Assembly: GCF_000181795.1 (NCBI RefSeq)
Contig: NW_003526940.1
Location: forward strand, 318,660 to 382,659
From: Trichinella spiralis
Lineage: Eukaryota
DNA length: 64,000 bases
Reading direction: 5' to 3'
In this document: positions 14,562 to 28,300 of the stretch, in pieces
Layout: each line of letters begins with the position of its first letter
How positions within the stretch are numbered: the first letter of the stretch is position 1
The notes under the pieces: generated by a model
The model's database searches: none
The model's input: the letters and a program-made list of their open reading frames with translations, nothing else
What the model was told of the DNA's origin: nothing
Translations under genes and position numbers: made by a program

Positions 14562-16417
14562 GGAACTTATTTTGCTTAACTTTATTTTTTTCACCTATTC
14601 ATCATGTTATGCTAAGAATTAATTATATAAAATTAGTTGTAAATGTTGAATGATACGTATTATAATGTTTTATGTGCAGAAAAAAATACACATGATATAA
14701 TTCACTGCTTATGTTGCAATCGAAAAGGCAAAAAAGTATATATTTTTGAATTAGCAATAAAATTTACCAAAAAATTGATGAAAGTGATCTTTCAAAAAGG
14801 AACATTGGAACTTTAATCTTTTATTTAATTCAACTACAATTAAACGACTTTGAAAGTTTTTAATTTAAAACTATTAAATTACAGTAAATATTAAAGGCAA
14901 AATTTGCAAGAAATAGTAGCAAGTACTTTTTCTTTAACTACAAATCGAGCTGTTTCTTCTAAGACTAGAAATATTTAAAATACATTTTCCAAAAACTATA
15001 AGTTCAAAATTACTGTTTGCAGTGTTATAATTAGAAATTTGTTGAATTCAAATTTCCCAAAATTTGATACATTTATTTCAATTTGGTCAAATTATATTCA
15101 CTAATATATTCATGAATTGTTTGGACCGAATGTAAGACTATTTCTATGAAATATTTATTTTCAATACTCAGTATAATCTTTCAATTATAATTAATATTTT
15201 ATGAAAATTAAAAACAACAACGTGAAGCCATAACTTTGTCAAACAATGGAATTATTGATCGATAAACATTTCAATGATATATGCATGTTTCTTTCTATTC
15301 AAAGAGAAAACATTTCAACGTTAAAAGTAAAGAAAATCAATAATCAGGATACTGTAAAAACACGTGAAATGGTGAGAAAAGCATTGAAATAACATGAAGC
15401 GTGAAAACAAAAATATTTATTAAAAGCAGAGCGTTGCTGGCAAAAATTTACACCAGTTTGGAAAGTTTTTCTGATCAATTCAAATCGGATGATATTTCAT
15501 TTGTTCATTGATCAATAAAAGCATATTCAGCAATATATTTAGCAGATCAACTTGAACAGAAGAATAATTAGCTAGTTGGCTAGCTTCGAGTTTGTTTATG
15601 CATACGTTGAATACAACAAACTGATGACAATATTTTCCAGAAATTGAAAAAATGTGAATTCAATTTAAATTCAGTTCAATTTTTTTCATTTATCCTTAAA
15701 ATGGAAGTTAATCATTCAATTCAATTTAAAAAATAATATCAATAACATCACTGTTTTTATCAGAATCATTTATATTTCTCATCGTGCTTAAAATTGCTTT
15801 ACACGCATCTTTAGCTATTCATTGCAGCTTTTTATAAAATCGTCAGAGGAATTACCTTTTATTTCATCAATGAAAAAAATCAATTTTATAGACAAAAAAA
15901 ACATTTTATTCAACTGATGTGTTTATTCATTTTTGTACATATATGTTTGTAAGTAAACGGTCATATTTTTAGAAAAACAATTTCGCACAAAAGGAGAATT
16001 CTGTTAAAAACAAACACTTCTTCAATCAACGTTCAAAATATTTTCCATTGTATCTGGTGATTAACAAAATAATGCGAAATTTTTTAATTTTACAATTTAA
16101 ATTATTCCTAATGAATATGCAGTCAGTCGATACAGTTTTCTAATGAACATCAAACATGGAAAAGCTTTGAGAAATGCTAATTTATTTCATTTCACAACAC
16201 ACAACTATAACCAATTTTAATTCGTACATAATACTTCAAATATAATTCCAAAACAAGTGCACTGACTATAACCAAAAAAAATCACCACTACATTACAATA
16301 ATTAATAATGCATATGTATAAGATAAACGTATAAAATGACTTTAGCAACTAAAATTAGAAAATTGTATTTTTCAACATTAAGTAAAAAGGATGCTTGTTT
16401 TAATTGCAAAGTGCATT

Positions 16418-17557
16418 TCAAAACTCTGCAAATGAAAATTTCACACCATTATGAACCACCTCCGTCAGTTTAACAGATGAAAAGTAAAACAAGCGGTCAG
16501 TAATTACTGTCAGAGTCCTTGTAGTCGGTGGTAAATAATCACCATCACTGGATGTTGATGGGCCAGAGTCCGGCAACTGAGGAGACAGAGCCGGCGGCAA
16601 GGGCGATACTGAATGCTCGTAACTTTCTTCTCCAGAACAGCTTTCATTTTGCTTCTCCTCACTAATAACCACCAACTCACTTTTATTCACTTCTTCCTCC
16701 GTTTCGAGACTTCGTTTTTCTTCAGCATCCTGCTTTTCTTCCTTCTCTTTGACAGAATGCTCTTCTTCTTCTTCTTCTTCTTCTTCAACTTCTTTGATCA
16801 CTTCCACACTGTGAAGTTCTTCGTCCTCAGCTGTACTGTCAAGCACTGCAATACTTTCATCATCGGTACTATCAAGCACCGCAGTACTTTCATCATCTGT
16901 ATCGTCAAGTACTGCAGTACTTTCTTCAGTTGAATCATCATCATCAGTCTGATCAACAACAAGCTTAAGATCACTATCGACTTGTTCATCGGGTTGCGAC
17001 TTCGATGTTGCAGGTGTACTTTCCACCTGTGCTACATGGGCATTTAATCGTCGGCGTTTAAGACCCAAAAACGGACCTCTACGACGTCGACGCTTCACAG
17101 TAGTCGTGGTCGGTTTACGTCCGGCTTCAAAAAATGTAATGAGACGATTATCCAAAATATTTGTTGCCGGCTCCCATGTATCATAACTAAATAAATAAAT
17201 TTATTTCATTCCTTTATTAAAAATTCATAAATGAATACGTATAAATTAATCAATACGTCGTATAATTAATACGTCAATAAAATTATCATCAGCGACCACT
17301 TACTAACTGGAAAAATCCTTCCAACGTATACGATACTGTAGTTCTCCCTAAACAAATTTAGAATTACAAATATAATTTATCAACACAATACAATCTTTAT
17401 TCGATAAAATACATTATTATTTTTGGACCAAAAGACAACAAAGTATAAAAATAATAAAACTGTAAAATATTAGATAAAAATTTACATTTCGCACTCGGGA
17501 AGCCACTATTTTCTCCGCTGCATATACATCATTTCCGTTCAGTGGAGATCTTGGCAT
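16418..17557 (-). CDS. Polycomb/CBX-like chromodomain protein, paralog B (3 coding exons: 17557-17486, 17347-17304, 17186-16418)
   Basis: Spliced product MPRSPLNGNDVYAAEKIVASRVRN|GELQYRIRWKDFSSY|YDTWEPATNILDNRLITFFE closely resembles the Drosophila Pc chromodomain (VYAAEKI..WEPEVNILDRRLI). It also has KRRRRRGP, an acidic linker and the tail VKLTEVVHNGVKFSFAEF*. Intron positions and phases match paralog A. Confidence 0.88.
16833..16924. repeat. 33-bp coding tandem repeat (about 3 units) in CBX paralog B
   Basis: Units gtactgtcaagcactgcaatactttcatcatcg / gtactatcaagcaccgcagtactttcatcatct / gtatcgtcaagtactgcagtactttc, encoding ES(T/I)AVLD(D/S)T(DD). Confidence 0.85.
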
Positions 17558-20500
17558 TTTCGACAGTCTAAAACGTAATTACATATACAAAATAATGTAG
17601 TTTTATAACAGTGATGAATTGCAGCGCAGTAAATTCACGGCTACTGGAAAATATTCAGCTGTAAAAATCAAACAGGTCAGTAAACCATATTCAGATTCAA
17701 ATAAACTGTTTCATAAAGACACGCAAACGATAATAACGGTTTAAGACTACAATAACAACTTACTGTTTGTGGATTGATGTGCAAGTTTTACAGTAACGTG
17801 ATATACTGTAAAGAGTAAAATTATGATAAATAAATTTGTAAATTATAACACGCGACCCAAATTTATGTTAAAATCTAAATTATAAATATTTGTGTAATAC
17901 CACTGAATGATGAATATCTATATGCCTAAATACTCAATTTTTTCACATTCAGTATCAAAAGTAATTGAAAGTTACAATCTAATCATAATTTTTGCTAAAA
18001 GTAAACAATTATAAAATCTGTAGTCAAATGAATTTCTATAAACTAAACAACATCATGTGAATTCATTAATTTGATCTGTAATATTATTCCCATATTAATT
18101 TGTTTATTTGACATCATTTTTATCCGGACTGATACTATTTAGTTTTAATAAAATAAAAAAACATTTAATTACCAAAACCAACGATTAAAAACCGTTACAT
18201 ATTTTATGAAATCACTTTCTTGAGAAAATTTGCATACTGTTACAGTATAAAATCCAAAGGTTCAAATTATTGTTTTAACTTGAAATTCCAATAAACTGAA
18301 TTTCAAAGATTTTTAGCAAATGAATATAACAATAATAAATGTTAAAAAAATTTTAATATATATATATTTGTTTTAAAATTTTAATTCTTCTTTCATTATT
18401 GTAATTTCTTTAGTAAATATGTCCGGAGCGTTTTTTTGAATGTTTACAGCGCCTTTTTTTGTCTTTTATTTCGTTTATATTAGTTTTAGATCACTGAACA
18501 ATAAACTGCATCACAAATGCAAGTTTACTGAACAGTATCACAAATACGCACACATGAAATAAACTGCCATTTGTGCATTTTTGTTTTTGATGCAAAAATT
18601 GTTTTTTGTCTACAACGTTCTTGCTAAAAAAAATTGCAATAGCATATTTATATGTGGAATTATCTTATCTTCTCTGAAAAATTTCTACAGGTAAAGAATT
18701 CGAAAACAAAAAAGTAAAAATGCCAAAGTGCTGAGAAGTATCTAGCCACTCGAACACAATAAATAAACAATTATGTATAATAACAATCTAAAAAATTCTT
18801 CACGTAAAACAAATAAAAGTGTATAATATTTAACTGAGATTCATAATGATGAAAAACGCCAAACGTAAGGGCATTGTTTCTATTTAAATTTTTCTTAGGG
18901 TTTTCTTATTATAGTTGATATACATATAAAGCAGCAGAAAGTACGAACATTTCCATAGTAGCTAAACATCAATGATAAGCACAAATAATATCATTCTTGG
19001 CAGGCTTTAATTTTATTCATTTGATGTATTGCAAAATGTGCCAAATGAACAAATCAGGTATTGTAAAACTGCATTCAATCGCACTTAAAATCACAAAGAA
19101 CGTTTCCTGGATGAATGTTAAGACAATCGCCGATACTGTAAAATAGTTTGCTTCAAGTATGCATTTATTTTTGATTCCAGGCAATATACAAAATATAAAG
19201 GCATTCTATGTAAAAATTTGCAAATTGTAAATAACTGATGAAACCAGTGCAGTTTTAAAATACTTAATTCTGAACCCACAATTCATCATGACACTTTTCT
19301 TTATTCCAAATGGTAAATTAGGTTCCTTAGTTTACCCATATTATTAGAGCATATTCTGTGGAATCCGAGCGCAGGGATTTTGAGAGCTTGTGGATCTCAC
19401 TGGTAGTCTGTACTCTACTCTTATGCTATTATCATATTATCCATATTAGCATTCATAACCATAAGCTTTGGGGTTAGGAATTATCATACATTAAATTAAT
19501 CATTAATACGCAAGTATATCAAAATTTTAACCATAGTTTCAAAAGAAACCAATATTTTGCGTCAGCTCGTTGAAATCTGTATGATATACTATTATCAATG
19601 TAGGATAAAATAGACCAGTGATCTTAGAGAAGAGAAACTGCAAGAAAGCCGTCCTCTTATTGTTCACCGTGTCTCCCTTTTTCAGTATACAAGCAACTCA
19701 CATTGCACAATATTATTCTGCTAGTTAATTTAGAATTTTTACTTCTAATGACCAATGTATATCAGTTTTTTAATTCTAGCTATGACGCTTATCACGGATG
19801 ACACTATTATACAGCTCTGATTGATTTTCAGAGTTTTGTGAATTCGATTTTACCTCTGCCGTGTTGATATTTTACGCTTTCTAAAGCAATCGAACAGGTC
19901 TCCATTGCAACACTGCTTTTGCTAAATGGAGTGAGCCTGCATTTTTTATGCTGTTACACGCTACCGTTTTTCAAGCTGCTCTGGTATTCGACATTACAGG
20001 GCATTTCTTCCACCTATTTAGACAGTTGGAAAGAAATCAGAAACTTTCATCTAATAAAGTATCATATAAAAAACATCACAATCATGAAGCCAATTGACTG
20101 TCTAAATTATTGATGTTACTATTATTATTAATTCAGTCTATCTAAAATAAATTTAATTTCTTGTTAGCTACTTTAAGCAATTTATAATTAATTAATTAAA
20201 GTACTTGTCTTTATCAGTAGTTGTCATTAGCTGCTGACCAGAAAATTATTTCAAGTTTCATTTCTTACCTGGCTATGATATATGTTCTTTTTACGCGTTA
20301 TATTTCTATCTGCTGCATCATTTTTATACACATAATAATATTATTGACATATAATGATAATGTCATTTCTCTATAACGTTTCCTTGTTATTTGCATCCAT
20401 TTCTACCTTTATTTCTTTTTCTGATGAATAAAGCACTGCGCAAAATGCAATAATATGAAAATTAAAACTGTAATCCTCGAAATTACTTCTCTGAAATTTA

Positions 20501-23500
20501 AAACGCATATTTATTTTTAAAGTAATTTTACAACAAAAGTAGCTGCATGCTTTATTTGTCTCTTAAATTGGCTGTAACTGAAATCCTGAATAACAATTTT
20601 AAATAATATTCCAAAAGCAAAAATATGCAAAACATTTATTTTTGAAATGTGGCATATTGCATATGCTTAAAAGTTTCACACAAAGCTCCAAATGGTTTAA
20701 ACTTGAGAGTGTAATACGGTAGTTGAATTGATGGTGACGTGTTTGATGATGACTGTGATAAATAATGTGTAAACGTGTGTATTGGTTTGCGTACGCGTTA
20801 ATATAATAATGATTTTAAACTGAATATTGCTATTATTTGTTCATCTAACAAATTCTTTGGGTTTTACTCGTACTTGGAAGAAGTGAGTGAATGTTGATTG
20901 ATGTAATCGCGATATGTGAACAAACAGACAAATTTTCCGTCGTTTAAATTTGCGTAAATTAGAACTAAATCTATATAATAAATTTTATCATTTGGTTGGC
21001 ATTTTACATTTTACAAAAGATTTAGAAACCTGCAGATTTGATTCAAAAGTTGAATAAGCCTTGTGCTTAAATTGGTCTGAAATATCTTTATTGTTGATGA
21101 AAAAATTGCATTGAGAAGTTCTCCAGCTAATGCAAAATAACTTTGAGCATTGTTGAAATTTAGTTCTGATAAGTAATCAGAAATTTTAGGATTTCAATTT
21201 ATGATTTGTAATAGAAATATTGAAAAATTTAAAATCTGAAGAAGCAGTGGAATATCATTAAGCTTTCGTATGAGATACATTGGCTGCGTATTCGGGTTAT
21301 CTTTGTCGGAACAAACTAAAAGAATAGATTTGAAACAAACTAAAGAATGAGATGAACGATCATCATCAATGGTCAAAAACTTCGCGAATGGAATATAACT
21401 AAGTATTACAATAGCATATATGATTTTACTTCATTCTAAGATTCATATGAAGTTGGAATTTATCATTGAAACGATGATGAAAATGCAGTGAAATTCTGCC
21501 ATCTCAATGGCGTTCTGGCTGGCAAAATTCGAGAAATTAATGATTTTGCCATGCCAACTACTCTCAAACTATGGAAGCTTTGAATAGTTGTTACGACCTT
21601 TTGAGCTGATTGACGGATGATTGATGACTGATTAAATCAAATTTAGATAACATCAGGGACCAAATTACATTTAAATAATCATCCGAAACAGAAATGTTAC
21701 AGCGTGTTGGTAAAAGCATCTGAAAAAGCATGACTATTTGGGCAAAACTTCATCAGCTTTTCAGATGAACAGTGTTTTCTTGTTCATTTTAAAACAGCAA
21801 TTGCATCATTTTGTTAGAAAAACGAGAATCTTATGTAGAGTAGAATAAACAATGGGAAATAAACTTTGACAATTTTATTAAGTTTATATAATAAGTTAAG
21901 TCTTAATATCTGAGCAGATGAAGAATCGCATCAGAGTGGCAGAATTTTCGATTTCCATAAGTAAAGTAGATAGTTAGTGATCAGAAAGTGGAAGTCACTG
22001 AATCCATCTGGTGAGATACAAAGTCGAAAACATGGGCACTGTAAAATAATAGAGGAAATTTGACACACTGCTTATACCAATCTACTGGTATGGTAGAATG
22101 TTGGTTTAGAAAGTTTAGCAAAGTTGACATCATGCATCAGTATACTGTGAATTGAATGAGGATCAATTTAGGTTTGATGTACAGTTTTCTAAAATTTTAG
22201 TTCACTCAACTTAAATTCTATCAAGCTTTGTCACTGACAGGTTTCACTTTGATGCACCTTTTAATTTGTTTCACGATTCATTTTTATTTGAAAAATCAAA
22301 AATAGCGGCATATCTGTCACTGAATGCTGCGTGACCTTTTTTGTGAATCTTATTTTTCAGGTGTTAATGTTTTTATAGTGCAATGCATTTTGCTTCAAGT
22401 TGTAATAGTTTATTATAGTCACATTAAAATGTCATGTGACCATTGTATTTTAATTGAAAAAGTTTTCATTTTCAAGTTTTCCATTGTAAAGCACTGAATA
22501 TTATACCACGATTTGCAAAAACTGGAAACTCTAAACTGCAAATATTTTTTTATAACGTAGCTTTCTTTGACAAATTAAAATTACTCAAAAGTGGCGATGC
22601 ATGTAACTGAGTAGAAGTCTGATATATTTAGAACAATTGTTTAACGCTTTTGCTTTTGCAATCACATTCAATTTATACCTGATTAAGGAAACTTTTAATT
22701 ATATTATCGACAAAGGAACTTTAATTTTTTGTAAATATGTCAGTCTTAAACTTTTTCAAAAAATTTATATATAGTTAATACATGATAATGCTTTCTCTCC
22801 ACTGTATGCTTTCTTTTAATGGAACGTTAGATTATTTTTATTTTAAATATTTTTTTAAACACACGATTGCATTTTAAATTATATTGCATTATATGTAAAA
22901 GTGGTTCGTAAAAGGTCTCTCATGATTACAAAACATATTTCAATCCTTGATTTAGAATTTTTTTTAATAAAATTGTATGGTAAATTTTTGAACTAATGAA
23001 TATTTTTGAATAAATTTTTTTCCTTTTTTCTTATTTATTTAATTGTATAAAAATCCACAAATTATTTAATCTTAGAATGCTAAAAATCATATTTTGATTC
23101 TTTTGAAGAAACAACTAAACTTTGACAATAAATGCTTGGTGTATTTTTTGACATCTGCGTATGTTATACCATGCAATGTTCAGTTTGGGGTAAAATGTAT
23201 GTTGTAAAAGTTTCATTACAAGCTTATATTTTCCAAAGTGTAACATGCATGACAAAGCAAAATAAACATAAATTTGCCAATTCATTAATTGGCTCTTTTA
23301 AATGTTGTATATTTGCTTTAACCCCTAGCCCTTTTGCTGTTTAACAACCCATTTCTATTGCTATCGAAGAATGAACAAAAACTGGTCTTTAGCATCTTTA
23401 TTTTATTACTTACCATGTAGAATAGCTTTTCATTTAAAAAAATAAGTAAATAATAAAATGTGATGGTCCATCAGTTGGTCAAATTTAGCAGTGCACATGC

Positions 23501-23708
23501 TCATGCTGAACAATGAATGCTCGGATCATTGAAAATATTTCTTCATCTGATGATGACGATGGATAAAATTTCCATTATTATAATATCATTATCATACATC
23601 AGCAAAATTAACATATATTATAAGAAAACAAGAAAACTTGTACATTTATTGTTTGAAATGGCACTTACATTCATTGTGTTTTCAATTTTTCCATTAAATT
23701 AAATTTCT

Positions 23709-25352
23709 TTACATTGCCTGGCTTACGGCCTGAATCAGTTGCGCTTGATTCACTTTGAAATCAAATGCTGCAAATAATGCGTTTTCTAGAACTTCAAATT
23801 GAGCGTTGCTAATTTGTGTGTTCTGTGAGGCCATTGGAAAGCCATCGGTAAGGAATTTTCGCAGACTCGTTTCCAAAATTTGCTTCGTGTAATCAGAAAA
23901 GTGATTCAAACTAGCTTGATCAGCTTCGAGCTGATTTTCGGTCGGTTGGAAGGTCCATTTGTCAAATTGCATAGTTCCGGTGATAAGATTTCTTTTCGGC
24001 TTATTCGGCTTGACCAGCATTGAAAATTGTATATTGCCAACAATGGCACGAGATGCTGTGGATTCCGTTTTTCTTTTTGCCAAAACTTGAATCTCAAAAT
24101 CGCCAAACAAGTGAATTGTACCGTTTTCAAAGCGCATTGCTGGTGGTTGGAGGAAATGAATTTTCACTTCAGGCTGTTGATCAGGAAATACTCTCGAGAA
24201 CTCGGGTAGAACGTCAGTGATGCACACAGACTGTGGACAGGCAGTTTCGAAAAAGTATCCCATCCAGGGTGTTTCATTTTTGCTGAAAGTCATGTTGAAC
24301 AATCCCAAATCGTAAAGCGTGTAAAGGAATGAATTTCCCACATAGTCAGATATGTAAATGTTCATCATGCGCTGCGGCGAGCGCAATTTTTTAGGAAGAG
24401 GTTTCGGATAGAATGGCATCTTACATCGACCCCGGGCACAGATCTGTCCATTCATTGGAATCGCTAAAAAGCTAGGCGACGAACTTACATACGGTGCGGC
24501 AACTAAACTCGGTCGAAACACCAGTGAATTTGATTTGATGTTGAATCTTTTTTGATTGCTAAGTGGCATCATTTTTACAATACGACGCATGAAATCAGGA
24601 CTGACAGGACTGCTGGATTTTCTGTCCAAAAGTGGCTTATCTTGAAATGGCATTTTCAGCATTGAAGACGCTCTGCTTGCAGCAGTGCCGATGTCGGTGC
24701 AAAGTTTGTCATTCAGCATGCCACGCACAATTTCTTCTATCCTTCTGGGACGATTCAGCGATACAACACCACGATACATCAACGCCACTTCATTAATATA
24801 TGCATCGCACTGAATGCCCAAAATAGTCAGCCCGCCTGAACGGTCCTTACCCAGACTGACAATCAAATTTCCTTGTATATCTAATAGTTCAGAAGTTACC
24901 ATTCCAACATTGCGCCTGCGTAGCACATCGGACGTGGTGGTCACGTCGAGATTATCGAAAGTGATTTGGATAGAATTCGGGGCTCTCGGCTTGATGGCGA
25001 ATCGTGCCTGTTGACCAACATCGATCACTTTAGTACCCACGAGATCAGTACTAGCTCCGGCTATGAAAACCCCATGCTTTTCCGGTATGCGAAGATTTTT
25101 AATAACAGTCGAAACCACATTGCCCAACGATGATTGAATAGCGTTGAAAGCTCGATCAGTTAACATCAGCACAACGCCAGGATTGTTGGGCTTGCCGCCG
25201 TTCAGAAAATTATACACTTTAATACTGCGCTTAGCAGGCAGCAGGAATTTTCTACTGATCGGCTTGGATGAAATTTGATTCCGCTTAGTTGAAGCATGAT
25301 GAACTAATGAAATCGCTTCACAGACGAGCAAGAAATAAACGAAGAACTGCAT
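23709..25352 (-). CDS. Secreted BPI/LBP/CETP-family lipid-binding protein, single exon, 547 aa
   Basis: Uninterrupted ORF with a signal-like N-terminus (MQFFVYFLLVCEA). NPGVVLMLTDRAF resembles the BPI N-terminal NPG motif. A paired Cys (QCDAYI..KLCTDI) and the C-domain motif MMNIYISDYVGNSFLY are present. Confidence 0.8.
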   Translation of the reverse strand: MQFFVYFLLVCEAISLVHHASTKRNQISSKPISRKFLLPAKRSIKVYNFLNGGKPNNPGVVLMLTDRAFNAIQSSLGNVVSTVIKNLRIPEKHGVFIAGASTDLVGTKVIDVGQQARFAIKPRAPNSIQITFDNLDVTTTSDVLRRRNVGMVTSELLDIQGNLIVSLGKDRSGGLTILGIQCDAYINEVALMYRGVVSLNRPRRIEEIVRGMLNDKLCTDIGTAASRASSMLKMPFQDKPLLDRKSSSPVSPDFMRRIVKMMPLSNQKRFNIKSNSLVFRPSLVAAPYVSSSPSFLAIPMNGQICARGRCKMPFYPKPLPKKLRSPQRMMNIYISDYVGNSFLYTLYDLGLFNMTFSKNETPWMGYFFETACPQSVCITDVLPEFSRVFPDQQPEVKIHFLQPPAMRFENGTIHLFGDFEIQVLAKRKTESTASRAIVGNIQFSMLVKPNKPKRNLITGTMQFDKWTFQPTENQLEADQASLNHFSDYTKQILETSLRKFLTDGFPMASQNTQISNAQFEVLENALFAAFDFKVNQAQLIQAVSQAM

Positions 25353-28300
25353 GATGTTCCAGTTTTAATACAAATGCGCGTTTGAAAGTTGGAACGCTTT
25401 TAAATGTCCAAAGCTAAAACTGGCCAATTTTGTGAATGTAATTTATCAATCGTACCAATGAAAAAGAGACCGATGTTGTTTTCAGCTGAAAGCGAAAAGA
25501 GAAGTCGAACAGGCCCTGGACAGATGAAATGACGCGGTTGTTTTCGAAGCTGGGGCGTGGCGGTGCCTCGTCCTTGTTTTTGACCATACACCAGAGAAAG
25601 TGACAGCCAAGGTCGGTTGACTACACTATTAACGTCATCGACGCCTCAGGTCGCCCATTTACCAACTAATACTAACAACTGAGGTGATTTTTTACTGTAT
25701 TATTTGCAAAAATTGCGAAATAATTATGCAAATTTATTATAATTATTGCAACAAAAAAAACAAGTGACCATTTTTTATGGCAAAAATTCACGAAAGTTCT
25801 CCAATTTGTAATGGATGCATATAATTCATACGGATTTTGCCAATTAAAAAAAAGTACAAAGTATGAATTAATCAAAAACAAATCATGTAAAGCAATATTT
25901 AATCATAAACAAACATGAAGCAATAAAAGAAATTATTAAAATTGCGAACATTTATTATGTTAATGGAAAAGCTTGAAGTTTATTTTAAAAATATACACAA
26001 AGCAACAGAAAAGATGCTGAATAAAAATATTTTTCACATCACTTTTCTGTGATTCAGTTGCATCAACAAAGCATAATTTTGAACCACTGTTTATCAAAAT
26101 TTTTAATATACAATATTATATTTATAATAATATAAACAACAGACAGTTTATAAAAATGGCAAGAAAAATTTATAAACGACCTTGATAATGAACAATTTCT
26201 TTGTCTTTATTACTGATTATGCTCCGATAATGTCACTTATTATTGGTGAACAAATTTGATGCAAACAGAATAACATTAATAACTGAACAATAAATAAACA
26301 ACAACGAATTTGCAGCATATAAATTTCAGTTTTCAGAAAATATTTTATTAATTTACTCAAAATTAAGCCAAATAAGCAATGTAATATGCAAACAAAGAAA
26401 GGCTCAACATAAATTACAAATAAATAATTTTTAAATACTATTAAATATTGTCTAAATTTTCAAAAAAAATTGTAAATTGAACATTTCTGCTTACTTTGCA
26501 TATATGTAAATGAAGTTCTTTTTTGTTCAAGGTTCTGCTGAATGATCGGATTGTGTCGTCGTAACAGTAGGCTAGTAACGAGATGGACAATTATCACGTG
26601 ACCAAATTTTAAACGTAAGTCATTGAAGTTTTTCAATGTAAGGCAGCTAATTTTAGTTAACCAGTTGATTTTCTTTTTACTGGCCTGTAATTTTTAATTT
26701 ATAATATTGATTAAAACAGAAAAATGTTAATTTTGCCAAATTTTCATAAAAATATAAACACAATAAAAATTTTCAATGAAAACTTTCAATGTATTTCAAG
26801 AAAGTATGATTGATAGAGTAGTTAGTTTGTAAGTGAGCTTCATTACAACAAATAATTGAATTTGAAATATTTTTGAAAAGAGAAACATTGTTACTAAATG
26901 AAACAAGAATTTTGATAAATTAGTTTGTTGATTTGTTAATTTTGTCACATGATTGTGTAATATGATCCTTATATAGCTTATCAACTTTTAATCTCAAAAC
27001 TGCTTTTTTCTTTCTTTCTTATCTTGCATATGTCATTGTTCTAACTTTATTCTACATTTATTTTATATTTCAGGGCAAACAGTGAATTTATCCTTGCAAC
27101 TAAATATACTTTTAGTGCACTGTTTGATTTAATTTGTGTGAATGTTTATTTGGACAGTGAATGACATATGCAAGTTTTACTTCAATTTTCAGTCAATTAA
27201 GTGAATAATCAAAAATTATCTACAAGTAAAGCAGTTTCACACGTGTCATTTTCAGAAAATTTTGAATCTTTTCTCTTTTTCTTTTTTATTACAATTTTCT
27301 TTTTTCTTTAAATATTCAACTGTTGTTATATTATTTATGAGCATTTACGATAATAGTTTTCTTTGAAATTGTTCTATTATTCCTTTTATTGTCACAAGTT
27401 AAATAAGCGTTTATAATTTACATAATTTGCAGTTATTTCAGCAAACTTTGAAGCAATCTTCAATTACATTAACTAATACAGAAAAGTGAAGACTATTTTA
27501 TTTTATTTAACTGACCAAGAGATGTTAACTTTGGCTAAAAATATTTGACATTACTTTTAATAAACTTTTAAAATAATCAGCTTGTTCGCTGCAAGTTTTG
27601 CCATTGTTATTTAATGTGATGCAGTGCTTATTAGTTAAGCATTCATGAAGTGAACTGGTAACCATATGTATATAATATATATTTTTATGTAGTAATGAAT
27701 CGAATATGTAATACAGGCTTTTGTACTGAATTTTCTTAAGATTAAAGTATGTCTTTTTTTAAACTTTACATTAAAACTTTAATTGAAATTTAATTAATTT
27801 GAAGAAAAGCATTTTTAATGCTCACAAAATGCTATTTTATTCTTCGTTTTAAGAAATAACAGTTCAACATTGATGCGTTGTAACACAGTATATATTTACA
27901 TAGTATATATTATAACATAATTATATGAATACCATTGTTTTTAACTAAAATAATAAATTAGCTTTTGTATATTTTTTAATGCCAGATAAAAATTTGGAAA
28001 AGCCGTTGCAATTGCGTCAGAAATGAACTAAATTTAACCATAATATAAATAAATAAATCATGTAGTCATGTTTTTATTCTAAAAGTGATTCTGTGTTGCT
28101 GTGCTGATAGCGTCTGCAAACAAAAGTCTGGCATTTATCAGATGACTACTAATTTTAACTAGACAGAGACATTTTTTTATAACATACTGACTAAAATAGT
28201 AGTATTTCATTGTTATTTTAAGTTGAAATGTTGGAGTAAAGTAAATGGAGAAATTTAAATATTTTTTGATAATTATTTTAATGACTCCTTCTTAGAAGGA

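Noticed and set aside
17600..23700. Short ORFs in long AT-rich intergenic tracts (also 25400-29900, 31700-34000, 62050-64000)
   Set aside because: Low-complexity F/I/L/K-rich translations with no motifs or splice-supported structure.
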